Assembly (NCBI GenBank): GCA_965247095.1
Contig: OZ251997.1
Span: 3,136,001 to 3,200,000 of the forward strand
Length of the DNA stretch: 64,000 bases
Reading direction: 5' to 3'
From: Candidatus Multivorans sp.
Lineage (GTDB): Bacteria > Acidobacteriota > Thermoanaerobaculia > Multivoradales > Multivoraceae
Shown here: piece after piece, positions 47,909 through 57,676 of the stretch
How the letters are laid out: the number at the start of each line of letters is the position of its first letter
Numbering within the stretch: position 1 is the first letter of the stretch
Made by a program: the position numbers and the translations under genes
The notes under the pieces: generated by a model
Seen by the model: the letters and a program-made list of their open reading frames with translations, nothing else
Told to the model about the DNA's origin: nothing
Database searches by the model: none

Positions 47909-48975
47909 AGGCCACACATCTCACGCTCGGTATTGCATTCACACTGCTGATTGGCGCTTGCACGGCCGCCCCGGAGGACGAGACTGAGCCGGCATCGGAC
48001 ACGGATGGGGCGGCATCCTCGCCGGAACCCGCTCGGAGCTACTCTCCCGAATCGCGCGATCTCTCCCAGGCGGACATCGAGCGCCTGATGGAGGAGCTCT
48101 CCAACTGGGGTCGCTGGGGCGACGACGACCAGTTGGGGGCGGCCAACCTCATCACCCGGGAGAAGCGCCTCGAGGCTCTGGCCCTGGCGACGGAGGGCAT
48201 CTCCGTCTCGCTCGCCCATCCTCTGATCACCGAGGAGGCCGTCGATGTGCCGCTGCCGTTCGAGCGCGCGATCTTGCGGCTTCCCGACCCCGACGAGGAG
48301 CCCGGGTTTCGCGGCGGTGTCAGCGATCGCTACGAGATCAGCTACCACGGCTACTCGCACAGCCACATCGACTCGCTGTGTCACATCCTCTACAAGGGGA
48401 AGATGTACAACGGCTTCTCGCAGGACACGGTCACCGAGGAAGGCTGCACGCGGTCTTCGATCGTCAACCTCCAGGGTGGCATCGTCACGAGGGGCATCGT
48501 GTTCGACATCCCGCGCCTGAAAGGCGTGCCCTATCTCGAGCCGGGCACGCCGATCTACACCGAGGACCTCGAGGCCTTCGAGGAGATGGCCGGGCTCCGC
48601 GTCCGTGCGGGCGACGCCATCTTCATACGCACCGGGCGCTGGGCGCGGCGCGCCGAGCTCGGACCTTGGGCGGTGTCGCAGAATGCGGCCGGCCTCCACG
48701 CCTCGACGATGCCCTGGGTTCGCTCCCGCGACATCTCGTTCATCGGCTCCGATGCGGCACTCGACGTCGTTCCATCGCAGGTGGAAGGCGTCGATCTTCC
48801 GGTTCACATCCTCACGATCGTCGCCATGGGCATCGACATCTTCGACAACCAGGACCTCGAGGCCGTCGCCGAGACGGCGGCCGAGCTGGGTCGCTGGGAG
48901 TTTCTGCTCGTGGCGGGGCCTCTGGCCGTCGAAACCGGAACCGGCTCGCCGATCAACGCACTGGCGATCTTCTGA
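47905..48975 (+). CDS. Cyclase (kynurenine formamidase-like) family lipoprotein
   Basis: Lipobox LIGAC; NWGRWG, SHIDSLCH, GDAIFIRTG, GTGSPINALAIF. Confidence 0.88.
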   Translation: MKATHLTLGIAFTLLIGACTAAPEDETEPASDTDGAASSPEPARSYSPESRDLSQADIERLMEELSNWGRWGDDDQLGAANLITREKRLEALALATEGISVSLAHPLITEEAVDVPLPFERAILRLPDPDEEPGFRGGVSDRYEISYHGYSHSHIDSLCHILYKGKMYNGFSQDTVTEEGCTRSSIVNLQGGIVTRGIVFDIPRLKGVPYLEPGTPIYTEDLEAFEEMAGLRVRAGDAIFIRTGRWARRAELGPWAVSQNAAGLHASTMPWVRSRDISFIGSDAALDVVPSQVEGVDLPVHILTIVAMGIDIFDNQDLEAVAETAAELGRWEFLLVAGPLAVETGTGSPINALAIF

Positions 48976-48995
48976 GGGCTGAGGGAGGAGAGACG

Positions 48996-50222
48996 ATGAT
49001 CGATTTCGAGATTCCAGAAGAGACCAAGGCGGTGCGCGCCAAAGTGCGTGCGTTCGTCCAGAACGAGTGCATCCCGGCCGAAGAGAGATGCACTCCGGAG
49101 AACTTCGACGAGGTGCTGGCTGAGCTCCGCACGAAGGCGAAGTCGCAGGGGCTGTGGTGCCCCTTCATCCCGGAGGAGCACGGCGGCATGGGTCTGAAGC
49201 CGCTGGCCAATGCGCTGGCCCAGATGGAGCTCGGCGAGAGCTTCCTCGGAGCGCTCTCTCTCAACACGCAGGGTCCCGACGATGCGACCATGCTGACGTT
49301 GCTCGAGAACGGTACCGAGGACCAGAAGGAGCGCTTCCTGAAGCCTCTGCTGGCGGGCGAGAAGCGCATCTGCTACTCGATGACCGAGAAAGCCGCCGGT
49401 GCGGACGCCACGGGCATGCAGACCTCGGCCGTTCTCGACGGTGACAACTACGTGCTCAACGGTGAGAAGTGGTTCAGCTCCTCCGCGAGCGTTGCCGACG
49501 TCGCCCTCGTCATGGCGAAGACCGATCCCGACGTCGCCCGCCACCGGCAGTTCTCGACCTTTCTCGTCGAGCTGCCGAACCCCGGCTACAAGATCATCCG
49601 CAACATCGAGACGATGCAGCCGCACACCGATCTCGGCCTGAAGCTCGGATCCTCGCACTCGGAGATCCACATCGAGAACCTCGTCGTCCCGAAGGACAAC
49701 CTCCTCGGTGGCCGCGGCCAGGGCTTCGCGATGGGCCAGCACCGCCTCGCCTACGGGCGGCTGCGTCACGGCATGCACAACGTGGCGAGGGCACAGCGTG
49801 CCCTCGATCTCGCCGTCGGGCACGCTGTGAAGCGGGTGACGTTCGGCAAGCGCCTCGCCGACCGCCAAGGGGTTCGCTGGATGCTCGCCGACTGCGCCGC
49901 CGAGCTCTACAAGGCTCGGCTCATGCTGCTCCACATCGCCTACAAAGCGGAGAAGGGCATGGACCTGCGCAACGAGAACGGCATCGCCAAGGTCTTCCTC
50001 GCCAATATGGTGCACCAGGTGGTCGACACCGCGATCCAGCTCCACGGCGCCCTGGGCTACAGCATGGACACGCCGCTGGCCGGCTGGTATCGCGGCATCC
50101 GCGCGCAGCGTCTGGTCGATGGGCCGGACGAGGTCCATCGCTGGCGCACCGGCAAGAACGTCGTGCAGGCGTTCGAGGCGCACGGTACGTGTGCTTCCGC
50201 CTGTGGCGGCGATCTCCTTTGA
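48996..50222 (+). CDS. Acyl-CoA dehydrogenase
   Basis: CYSMTE, LNGEKWF, AIQLHG, RLVDGPDEVH; SD GGAGGAG. Confidence 0.92.
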   Translation: MIDFEIPEETKAVRAKVRAFVQNECIPAEERCTPENFDEVLAELRTKAKSQGLWCPFIPEEHGGMGLKPLANALAQMELGESFLGALSLNTQGPDDATMLTLLENGTEDQKERFLKPLLAGEKRICYSMTEKAAGADATGMQTSAVLDGDNYVLNGEKWFSSSASVADVALVMAKTDPDVARHRQFSTFLVELPNPGYKIIRNIETMQPHTDLGLKLGSSHSEIHIENLVVPKDNLLGGRGQGFAMGQHRLAYGRLRHGMHNVARAQRALDLAVGHAVKRVTFGKRLADRQGVRWMLADCAAELYKARLMLLHIAYKAEKGMDLRNENGIAKVFLANMVHQVVDTAIQLHGALGYSMDTPLAGWYRGIRAQRLVDGPDEVHRWRTGKNVVQAFEAHGTCASACGGDLL

Positions 50223-50409
50223 GTCATCGCGCGCTCTCCGGCGGCGGCCGCGGCTGCCGCGGCGCGGGCGTCCTCGCGGCGGAGCCCCGCCACCTGACGC
50301 CGGCCCCTTCGGCAAAGGCCACGCCGCCTACTGCTAAAGCTGCCAGAGCTATGCAGTAGCCCGCAAAGGTGGCCGCTCGGTGGTCAACGGGCGGCCGCGT
50401 GCAACCGAC

Positions 50410-50847
50410 TCAGGCTGCCTCGCTGACAGTAACGCTGAGTCGCTTGCCCAGGCGGCGCAGCGCCCGGTCGATGGTAGCCGCCTTAGTGGCGTGATCGGGG
50501 TTCAGCATGCGCCGAACTTCGCTTTCGGCGACATCGAGGTCGCGGGCAAACTGCCGCCGCGAGATTCCGGCGTGACGCCAAGCGTCGTACAAGGCCGCCT
50601 TCAGGGCGATCTGCACCGGCGGGACGACCATGAGCCGCTCCTCGCCGGTGGGCGAAGGTTCGGGCAGATCGCCGCCTTCGCGTATCGTGGTGGCGATCAA
50701 CTCCCGCAGCAGATCCCTGGCTTCGGCTAGCGCCTCCTCCCTCGTCGCGCCATCTGTGGCGCCCCAGCCGAAATCCGGAAACGCGACGACGTGGCGGCCG
50801 TCCTCGTCACGTTGGATGTCGGCGGGGTAGTTGTAACCGTCAGGCAT
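50410..50847 (-). CDS. HicB-family antitoxin with C-terminal HTH (no adjacent hicA)
   Basis: YPADI...VAFPD...TDGATREEAL; EVRRMLNPDHATK. Confidence 0.85.
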   Translation of the reverse strand: MPDGYNYPADIQRDEDGRHVVAFPDFGWGATDGATREEALAEARDLLRELIATTIREGGDLPEPSPTGEERLMVVPPVQIALKAALYDAWRHAGISRRQFARDLDVAESEVRRMLNPDHATKAATIDRALRRLGKRLSVTVSEAA

Positions 50848-50966
50848 CGGGTTCTCCTAGGCTAGACCGGCGCATTCGGGGTAGCCGCCCGCCCTGGACC
50901 GCTATCGGAGTAGGCGTGGGTATGCGAGTTCCCGCACAGGCTGCAGTGCTACGCTACAGCAGGACG

Positions 50967-51170
50967 ATGAAGCTGCAGGTCGTGATTCACGAGGCCGAAG
51001 AGGGCGGGTACTGGGCGGAAGTGCCGTCGATCCCGGGGTGCGCCACCCAGGGAGATTCCTTTGAGGAACTGCTGACCAACCTCTACGAAGCGGTCGAGGG
51101 CTGCCTCTCCGTGCAGATCGCCGAAGTCCCCGTCTCCGAGACGGACCGGGTCATCGAAATCGCTGTGTGA
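50967..51170 (+). CDS. hicB: Short HicB-family antitoxin
   Basis: HEAEEGGYWAEVPSIPGCATQGD. Confidence 0.9.
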   Translation: MKLQVVIHEAEEGGYWAEVPSIPGCATQGDSFEELLTNLYEAVEGCLSVQIAEVPVSETDRVIEIAV

Positions 51171-51370
51171 AGGCTCTCGCCGGCAAGCAGTTCTGCTCCC
51201 TGCTCCAATCGCGAGGATGGCAGTTGAAGCGGATCCGAGGCAGCCATCACATCTTCGTCAAGCCAGGCATCGCGGTTCGTATCTCAGTCCCAGTCCATCG
51301 GGGCACACTGAAGAGCGGCCTTCAACGGCACCTGATGAAGCTCGCCCAGATCAAGGGCTCGGAGTTGTAG
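51167..51370 (+). CDS. hicA: HicA-family mRNA interferase toxin
   Basis: GWQLKRIRGSHHIF, VPVH. Confidence 0.9.
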   Translation: MKALAGKQFCSLLQSRGWQLKRIRGSHHIFVKPGIAVRISVPVHRGTLKSGLQRHLMKLAQIKGSEL

Positions 51371-51389
51371 GGCCCCGATCCAGCGCAAC

Positions 51390-51550
51390 TGAGAGGCGTC
51401 GCCAGCGTCGTGGCCCGTCCCCCTTCAGCGGTTCGCCTCGACCACCTCGCCCGGCTTGAGGAAGCGATCCTCCGGTCCGCGAGTTGCGGCCGCTCCGGCT
51501 GCCGTGCCGCCTGAGGTGCCGTTGTTGATGACGTCGCCCGGGTAAAGGGG
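51390..51550 (-). pseudogene. Fumarylacetoacetate hydrolase family C-terminal remnant
   Basis: Manual translation PLYPGDVINNGTSGG...RFLKPGEVVEA followed by a stop or frameshift. Confidence 0.6.
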
Positions 51551-51611
51551 ACGGCGAGTCTGTGCGATGGAGCGACGAGTCTAGCTCCCCGCGCACACCG
51601 CAATTGGTCCG

Positions 51612-52439
51612 TCAGGTTCGGGGTGGTCGACCGGAGACCAGGATCGAGAACTGTCGATCCGGGTCTTGCTGGAGGACGGGTCGGTAGCCGCCGGCACTCT
51701 CGTCGGGCTCCATACGGCGGGCCCCGTCGGGGGCGAGCTGAACGATGTAGGCCTTACGGACCTCGGAGGTGAGATTCGGCCCGGTGGCATGCGGAGTGAG
51801 TGAGGAGAAGACTACGATGCTGCCTGCTTTTGCCGGTGCGGCGAGCCCTTCGGCATCTTTTTCTGCACAGCAGTAGCCGAGATCGGTGGTCCAGTGCTCG
51901 AGAGTGCCCTGGCGATGCAGTCCTGGAAGCACCTGGGGGCACCCGTTGCTGGGGCTGGCGTCGGTCAGTGCGATCCAGCAGGTGAGATAGCTCTGTGGTT
52001 CGAGGAACCCGTATCCGTTGTCCTGATGCCAGGGAAAGGGGGCCGGAACGCTCGGCTTCTTGTAGACCGCCTGGTCCCAGTAGAGCCGAACGTCGGGGCC
52101 CACCAGGTCCCATGCGAGATCGCGAAAGAGAGGCCCGGCACAGAAGTCGCGGAGAAAAGTCGAGCGCTGCACCAGGTGGACGGTGAAGGTGATCTCGTCG
52201 GCGCGAGCGATGAAGCGACGCCCCTGCGGCTGCTTGCGCAGCCACGCTTCGGCCTCGGCCTCCCAGGGGTCGATCTCGGCGATCAAGCGCTCGAGCGTGG
52301 AAGGCTCGATAGCGTTCTCGAGCACGAAGAAGCCTTGCTCGCTCCATTGGCGGGCCTGCGCGGAAGAGATGCGCCGGTAGGGGCCGCCTCTGGGCTCCCA
52401 GCGAAAGCCCTGGTTGAGCGGATGGAGCTTCGGCGTCAT
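51612..52439 (-). CDS. Phytanoyl-CoA dioxygenase (PhyH) family 2OG-Fe(II) oxygenase
   Basis: PWHQD, WIALTDA..NGC, PHATGPN, RKA. Confidence 0.9.
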   Translation of the reverse strand: MTPKLHPLNQGFRWEPRGGPYRRISSAQARQWSEQGFFVLENAIEPSTLERLIAEIDPWEAEAEAWLRKQPQGRRFIARADEITFTVHLVQRSTFLRDFCAGPLFRDLAWDLVGPDVRLYWDQAVYKKPSVPAPFPWHQDNGYGFLEPQSYLTCWIALTDASPSNGCPQVLPGLHRQGTLEHWTTDLGYCCAEKDAEGLAAPAKAGSIVVFSSLTPHATGPNLTSEVRKAYIVQLAPDGARRMEPDESAGGYRPVLQQDPDRQFSILVSGRPPRT

Positions 52440-53464
52440 GCCTGATCGGCAACTGACTGGTCCGGCACGACCGCCACGATCAGGCCGCCGAAGGGTGTAC
52501 CGCGCTCGGACTCCCCTCCGAACGCCTCGAAGCTCTCCACTTCCAGGCTGCGGCCTTCGAAGAAGTCCAGCGCCTGCTGACGCGCGGGCGCGGCGGTCGA
52601 GATGCCGAAGTGCATGCTCTCGCCGTAGAACGACTTCAAGGCGTACTTCATGTAGTTCCCGATCACGGCGTAAGGCTTTCGGCCGAACACGAGTTCCCGG
52701 CTGAAGAAGTCGAAGGCGATGCGCGACCCGGGAGCGAGTCCGGCGACTTCGGCCAGCGTCTTGTCGACGGCCGCGTCGTCGAGGTACATCGTCACGCCTT
52801 CCCAGAGGATGAAGGTCGGCAAGTCCTGGTCGAACCCGTGTTCCGTCAGGGACTCCAGCCAGGACTGCTGGTTGAAGTCGGTCGGTGCAAGGGTGACGTG
52901 GCTGTACTCGACGCCGGCGGCTTTGAGGGCGCGCACCTTGGCCTCTTGCGTTGGCGGCTCGTCGACCTCGAAGATCTTCACGCCGCTGCCGCCCGGATCG
53001 GCGCCGTCCGGCAGCGGGCCGTACGCGCGCGTGTCCCAGCCGGCGCCGAGGACGACGAACTGGCGGATCGGGCTGTCCGCTCCAACCGCGGCAGCAATGG
53101 CGCTGTCGAAGAAGTGCGTGCGATGGCTGATGAAGGTCATCAACGTCGACGGCCGCGGGCCGGGATAGGCGAAGAACGAGCCCCGGAAACCGCTCCACCG
53201 CGCTGCTAAGGCCACGGTCTTCATCAGCAGCCGCATGACCAGGGGCGACAGCGCCGGCAGGTGCGGGGCGATGCGTTCAGCAACAGCGTCGCTCCGGTTC
53301 CCAATCATCTGAAGCACCAGACGGGCCATGTAGGGCTCGTACGCGGTGCCGGAGATGCCCCGCGGCATGTTCACGAAACGGACCTTGAAGGCAAAGGCCA
53401 GCGTTCCGATGAGCTGGAGGGGGGAGAAGAGGACCTCCAGCAGGGCGAAAACCAGAACTCTCAC
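52436..53464 (-). CDS. SAM-dependent methyltransferase (LCM / TIGR00027-like)
   Basis: RTHFFD, VVLGAGWDTRAY, FEVD, WEGVTMYL. Confidence 0.88.
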   Translation of the reverse strand: MRVLVFALLEVLFSPLQLIGTLAFAFKVRFVNMPRGISGTAYEPYMARLVLQMIGNRSDAVAERIAPHLPALSPLVMRLLMKTVALAARWSGFRGSFFAYPGPRPSTLMTFISHRTHFFDSAIAAAVGADSPIRQFVVLGAGWDTRAYGPLPDGADPGGSGVKIFEVDEPPTQEAKVRALKAAGVEYSHVTLAPTDFNQQSWLESLTEHGFDQDLPTFILWEGVTMYLDDAAVDKTLAEVAGLAPGSRIAFDFFSRELVFGRKPYAVIGNYMKYALKSFYGESMHFGISTAAPARQQALDFFEGRSLEVESFEAFGGESERGTPFGGLIVAVVPDQSVADQA

Positions 53465-54489
53465 TGGTTGCTCTCCTCGGGCGACTTGAGGCTCTGGTCG
53501 TCGAGCCCGTCGATGAACTCGGTGATGACTTGCACGACCTCTTCCTGGTGCGACACCGGCATCATGTGATCCGCCCCGTCGATGAGATGCACCTGCGCGT
53601 TGGGCACACTATCCGCCAGGAATCGGGCGTGCTCGACCGGAACGGCCGCGTCCGCCGTGCCGTGGATCGCCAGGGTCGGAACCTGAATGTCGGCGAGGGG
53701 CAGGTCCAGGGCGTCGAACTGCTCCTCGTCGTTCGCCAGACCGTCGCCACGCAGCGATGGTGGCCAGAGCGACCACATCAGACCTTCGAACGCGGCGACC
53801 TTCTCTTCGTCCTCGAGCACGAGTCGCCGGTTCTCGGGATCCGGCACGAACATCTCCAGCAGACCCTCGGTACCGACGGCACGTCTGAGCAAGCTCAGGG
53901 ACAGCCACGCCGTGAAGTCGCCGCTGAGGAACGCTGGGGCCGGGATCTCCGGAAGGTCGCTGTTGCTCACCGCCTCCAGCGCGATGAGAGCCCGAGCCCG
54001 GTCCGGGTACGCCGCAGCGAAGGTCATCGACGAAGGCCCGCCGCCGGAGAGCCCCATGATGACGACCTCGTCGATCGACAGAGCATCGAGCAGCGCAACG
54101 TACGCGTCCGCCTGCTCGCGCGGAGTCCGGCCGGCGCTGATCGGCGTGCGGAGGTAGCCCGGACGGGACGGGGCAAGGACCTGGAAGCTGTCCAGTCCGA
54201 AGCGCTGGTCGTACCCGCCCGGCGTCCCGTGAACGAAGAGCACGACCTGGTCGCCGTCTCCCTCCAGGACGTACTCGATGGGACCGGCCCGGGTCTCGAT
54301 CACCTGGCTTCCTGATCGGAGCTCCTCCAGGCGGTCGCTGCGGAAGGAGTTGTAGGAGAACCCGGCGAGCGCGACGAGCGCGACGACCAGGGCCGAGCCG
54401 CCGAGCAGGAGTCCCTTAGCGATCCGCCACAGGTTGGAGCGTGGGCTTGCTCTGCCCGGCGAGCCTCCTGCTGTCTGGCCGATGGTCAT
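53461..54489 (-). CDS. Membrane-anchored alpha/beta hydrolase
   Basis: HGTPGG, SRPGY, GLSGGG, HGTAD, GADH. Confidence 0.88.
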   Translation of the reverse strand: MTIGQTAGGSPGRASPRSNLWRIAKGLLLGGSALVVALVALAGFSYNSFRSDRLEELRSGSQVIETRAGPIEYVLEGDGDQVVLFVHGTPGGYDQRFGLDSFQVLAPSRPGYLRTPISAGRTPREQADAYVALLDALSIDEVVIMGLSGGGPSSMTFAAAYPDRARALIALEAVSNSDLPEIPAPAFLSGDFTAWLSLSLLRRAVGTEGLLEMFVPDPENRRLVLEDEEKVAAFEGLMWSLWPPSLRGDGLANDEEQFDALDLPLADIQVPTLAIHGTADAAVPVEHARFLADSVPNAQVHLIDGADHMMPVSHQEEVVQVITEFIDGLDDQSLKSPEESNQ

Positions 54490-54579
54490 CGCCGCCGCCT
54501 CCCCCAGCCCTGGCCGCCAGGGCCCGATGTCGCCGGGAGCCTAGCCGGCAAACCAGAGAGCAAGCTCACTCGGCCCCGA

Positions 54580-54625
54580 TTGACAGCGTTGAGGGCAGTT
54601 CTTACGATTGCTGTCATTGACAGCA
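54580..54625 (+). promoter_or_regulatory. Sigma-70 promoter with palindromic operator for the FitA-VapC operon
   Basis: TTGACA (54580)-17 nt-TACGAT (54603), followed by TGCTGTCA-T-TGACAGCA (54609-54625). Confidence 0.7.
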
Positions 54626-54660
54626 CCACCATGAAGGCTCGAAGAGAAGGAGTCGCCGTC

Positions 54661-54897
54661 ATGCCGCAACTGACCGTTCGCAACGTACCCGCGCAGGTGG
54701 TCGCCGCACTCAAGACCCAGGCAGCCGCGAGCGGCCGGTCTGCGGAGGCCGAACATAGGGACATTCTCCATCGCGCCCTCCTGGCTGACGGCAGCGACTT
54801 CGCCGCCCGCGCCGCAGCGATGCGACGACGCGTCCGCTCAACCGTCGACAGCACCGACACGATTCGGGAGGAACGCGACCGGGACAGCGGCCTGTGA
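54661..54897 (+). CDS. FitA-like ribbon-helix-helix antitoxin
   Basis: MPQLTVRNVP...GRSAEAEHRDIL; SD AAGGAG. Confidence 0.88.
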   Translation: MPQLTVRNVPAQVVAALKTQAAASGRSAEAEHRDILHRALLADGSDFAARAAAMRRRVRSTVDSTDTIREERDRDSGL

Positions 54898-55328
54898 AGG
54901 GCTGCGTCGTCGATGCCAGCGTCGCCGTGAAGTGGCTCGTGGACGAGAAGCACTCCAAAGAAGCATCGAGCCTGCTCGCCGCCGGCACGACGCTGCTGGC
55001 GCCGGAGCTGCTGTTCGCCGAAGCGACGAACGCCCCCTGGGCCATGTGCCGCCGCGGCGACATCGACCGCGACGCCTTGGCGGACGCCGTCGCTCTGTTG
55101 CGGAGAGCCCCTGTGGCGACGCCGGTGCCCATGCGCCAACTCGCTAGCGCTGCCGCGCGACTAAGCGTCGATCTGGACCACCCGACCTACGACTGCTTCT
55201 ACCTCGCCCTCGCGCTTCACGAACAGCATCCCGTCGTCACCGCGGACTCGCGCTTCCTCAAGAAGGTGCAGGATCATCCCTACCTGACCGACGCGATCCG
55301 GCACGTGGCGGAAGTCGGCCGGAGTTGA
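54894..55328 (+). CDS. vapC: VapC PIN-domain toxin
   Basis: VVDASVAVKW, YDCFYLALA, VTAD. Confidence 0.88.
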   Translation: MKGCVVDASVAVKWLVDEKHSKEASSLLAAGTTLLAPELLFAEATNAPWAMCRRGDIDRDALADAVALLRRAPVATPVPMRQLASAAARLSVDLDHPTYDCFYLALALHEQHPVVTADSRFLKKVQDHPYLTDAIRHVAEVGRS

Positions 55329-55375
55329 CGCCGAAGACGCTTGAACGCCGCCGCAAAGCACGGCCCTAGAGGCTT

Positions 55376-55528
55376 GCGCGGCAGAACGATCCGACCTGGG
55401 AACCCGGGTGGCGCGATCCGCGCCACCCGCGAACCACTCCGTGCGCCCGTCATCGGGCGGACGGAGGGCACGCGGGCATCCCGCCCGCATCCGGCGCGAA
55501 GCGCCGGCCTCCGGTAGTTCTGCCGCGC
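55376..55528. repeat. 153-bp MITE/REPIN-like element (module A) with 12-bp TIR
   Basis: GCGCGGCAGAAC / GTTCTGCCGCGC; inverted near-copy of 60015-60145. Confidence 0.85.
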
Positions 55529-55635
55529 CAGAGCACATACTTGTAGCGCACTCCGAGATAACTTGACTACTTCGGAGCACACTCCAAATCGGGCGAGCTT
55601 GACGGTGTCGATATCGAGGACCAGTCTGGAGCCTA

Positions 55636-56854
55636 GTGCCGTGTCACTCGTCCTAGGTCGCATGAATCGTAGTAGGTTCCTTGCCGTTCGACGACGGCAA
55701 GGAGTCTGGCATGAAGCGGTATGTGGTGGAGTTGGAGGAGCAGGAGCGCGAGGCGTTGGCGACGACTACGCGCAAGGGTTCGCATCGGTCGCAGAAGGTG
55801 ATCAACGCCTTGATTCTGCTCAACTGCGACGAGGGCGAGTTCAACGGGCGTCGGACGACCGGCGAGACGATCGCCGGGGTCTTGCGGATCAGTGCGCGCA
55901 AGGTGGATCGTGTGAAGAGGCGGTTTGTGGAGGACGGTCTGGAGGCGGCGCTCGGGAGTCGGCAGGGGCGTCGTCCCAAGTACCTGCGCAAGGCGGATGG
56001 CGAGTTCGAGGCGCGGCTGATCGCGCTCAGTTGCGGAGAGCCGCCCGAAGGGCATTCGCAGTGGTCTCTGCGTCTGTTGGCGGACCGTGCGGTGGAGCTC
56101 GGCTATATCGACAGCGTCTCGCACGAGACGGTGCGGCGGGTGCTAAAAAAAACGCTCTCAAACCGTGGCGCCGCGTCGGCTGGGTGATTCCGCCGCAATG
56201 CAACGCCGACTTCGCGGCGAACATGGAGCGGGTGCTCGACGTCTATCGGCGTCCGCACGACGCGAACTTCCCGGTGGTGTGCATGGACGAGACGCCGCGG
56301 CAGTTGATCGCCGAGACACGCGCGCCCATCCCGCCGGCCCCTGGACGGGAGGTCCGCGAAGACTACGAGTACCGACGCTGCGGCGCCTGCAACGTGTTCA
56401 TGGCGACCGAACCGCTGGCCGGGCGGCGTCTGACCAAGGTCACCGAGCGCAGGACCAAGACCGACTGGGCGCGTTTCCTGGAAGACATCGCCGGGCAGTA
56501 TCCCGACGCCACCCGAATCACGCTGGTGATGGACAACCTCAACACGCACCGCCCCGGCGCGCTCTACGAGACCTTCGACCCGGCCAGGGCCAAGGCGCTG
56601 TGGGACCGCTTCGAGTTCGTCTATACCCCCAAGCACGGCAGTTGGCTGAACGTCGCCGAGGTCGAACTCAGCGTGATGATCCGCCAGTGCCTCAACCGCC
56701 GCATCGACTCCATCGACACCCTACGCGCCGAAGTCGGCGCCTGGCAGGCCGCCAGAGACCGGATCCAAGCCAAGGTCAACTGGCACTTCACCACCGACGA
56801 CGCTCGCGTCAAACTCAAGCGCCTCTATCCGACTTTTGACGAGTGACACGGCAC
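55636..56854 (+). mobile_element. IS630-family element
   Basis: 17-bp IR GTGCCGTGTCACTCGTC; TA duplication (55634-55635, 56855-56856) in a CTAG context. Confidence 0.93.
55711..56846 (+). CDS. IS630 transposase, OrfA/OrfB joined by a -1 frameshift at the A8 run (56145-56152)
   Basis: HTH OrfA ends ...VRRVLKK; OrfB has CMDE, MDNLNTH, PKHGSWLNVAE. Confidence 0.9.
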
Positions 56855-56878
56855 TAGTCTGTTTGAGAGGGCGAACCG

Positions 56879-57139
56879 ATGGACAACGTGTGGCAGGTGC
56901 AGGATGCGAAGGCGCGCTTCAGCGAGTTCCTGGAGACGAGCGTGGCCGAAGGACCGCAGATCGTCACGAAACGCGGCGTGCCGACCGCTGTCCTGGCGCC
57001 CATCGAACAGTGGCGCAGGCTGTCGAGCGCGTCGAAGCCCGACCTCAAGGAACTACTCCTGGCGCGCGAACCGAGGACCGAGGAACTGGCCCTGCCGCGT
57101 CGCCAGTTCCGCTATCGCGACGCGCCTCGATTCGAATAG
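56879..57139 (+). CDS. Phd/YefM-family antitoxin
   Basis: WQVQDAKARFSEFL...GPQIVTKRG. Confidence 0.9.
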   Translation: MDNVWQVQDAKARFSEFLETSVAEGPQIVTKRGVPTAVLAPIEQWRRLSSASKPDLKELLLAREPRTEELALPRRQFRYRDAPRFE

Positions 57140-57142
57140 GGG

Positions 57143-57556
57143 ATGTACCTGCTCGACACGAACGTCGTCTCGGAGTTGCGACGCAGCCGGCCGCATCCTG
57201 CGGTTCTGGAGTGGATCCGGAACGTCCCGTCGGAACGACTCCATCTGTCTGCGGTGACCGTGGGTGAGGTTCAGGGGGGAATCGAGAAGACTCGGGCGCA
57301 CGACTCTGCGAAGGCCCGCATGCTGGAGGTGTGGCTCGATCAGGTCATGACGGCGTACCCGATCCTGGCTCTGGACGGCGTGATCTTCCGGGAGTTGGGA
57401 AGGCTGAAGCACCGTCAGTCGGTTGCCTTGTCCCAGGATGCGATGATCGCTGCTGTCGCGAGGATTCACGGTCTCACCGTCGTCACGCGCAACGCCCGCG
57501 ACTTCGAGCAGTTCGGCGTAGAGATACTCGATCCGTTCGCTACGCCGGCATCTTGA
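57143..57556 (+). CDS. vapC: VapC PIN-domain toxin
   Basis: YLLDTNVVSE, DAMIAA, VVTRNARDF. Confidence 0.92.
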   Translation: MYLLDTNVVSELRRSRPHPAVLEWIRNVPSERLHLSAVTVGEVQGGIEKTRAHDSAKARMLEVWLDQVMTAYPILALDGVIFRELGRLKHRQSVALSQDAMIAAVARIHGLTVVTRNARDFEQFGVEILDPFATPAS

Positions 57557-57676
57557 TCTTCGCCTGCACGAGCGGCGCGTGACGCCGGTGTTGTTGGCGA
57601 CGGTCAGTCCGTGTCCAGAAGGCGAGGTCCCGGAGGAACCCGGAAGAGAAGACGGCCTCCCGAGGCCGCACTTCCG

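Noticed and set aside
48378-48995. Long N-terminal extension of the acyl-CoA dehydrogenase (likewise 52440-53198 for PhyH and 36751-37200 for the sigma factor)
   Set aside because: These overlap other genes or repeats; better starts with SD or family N-termini exist downstream.
56145-56152. IS630 split ORF as a pseudogene or sequencing error
   Set aside because: A programmed -1 frameshift or slippage at an A-run is typical for IS630.
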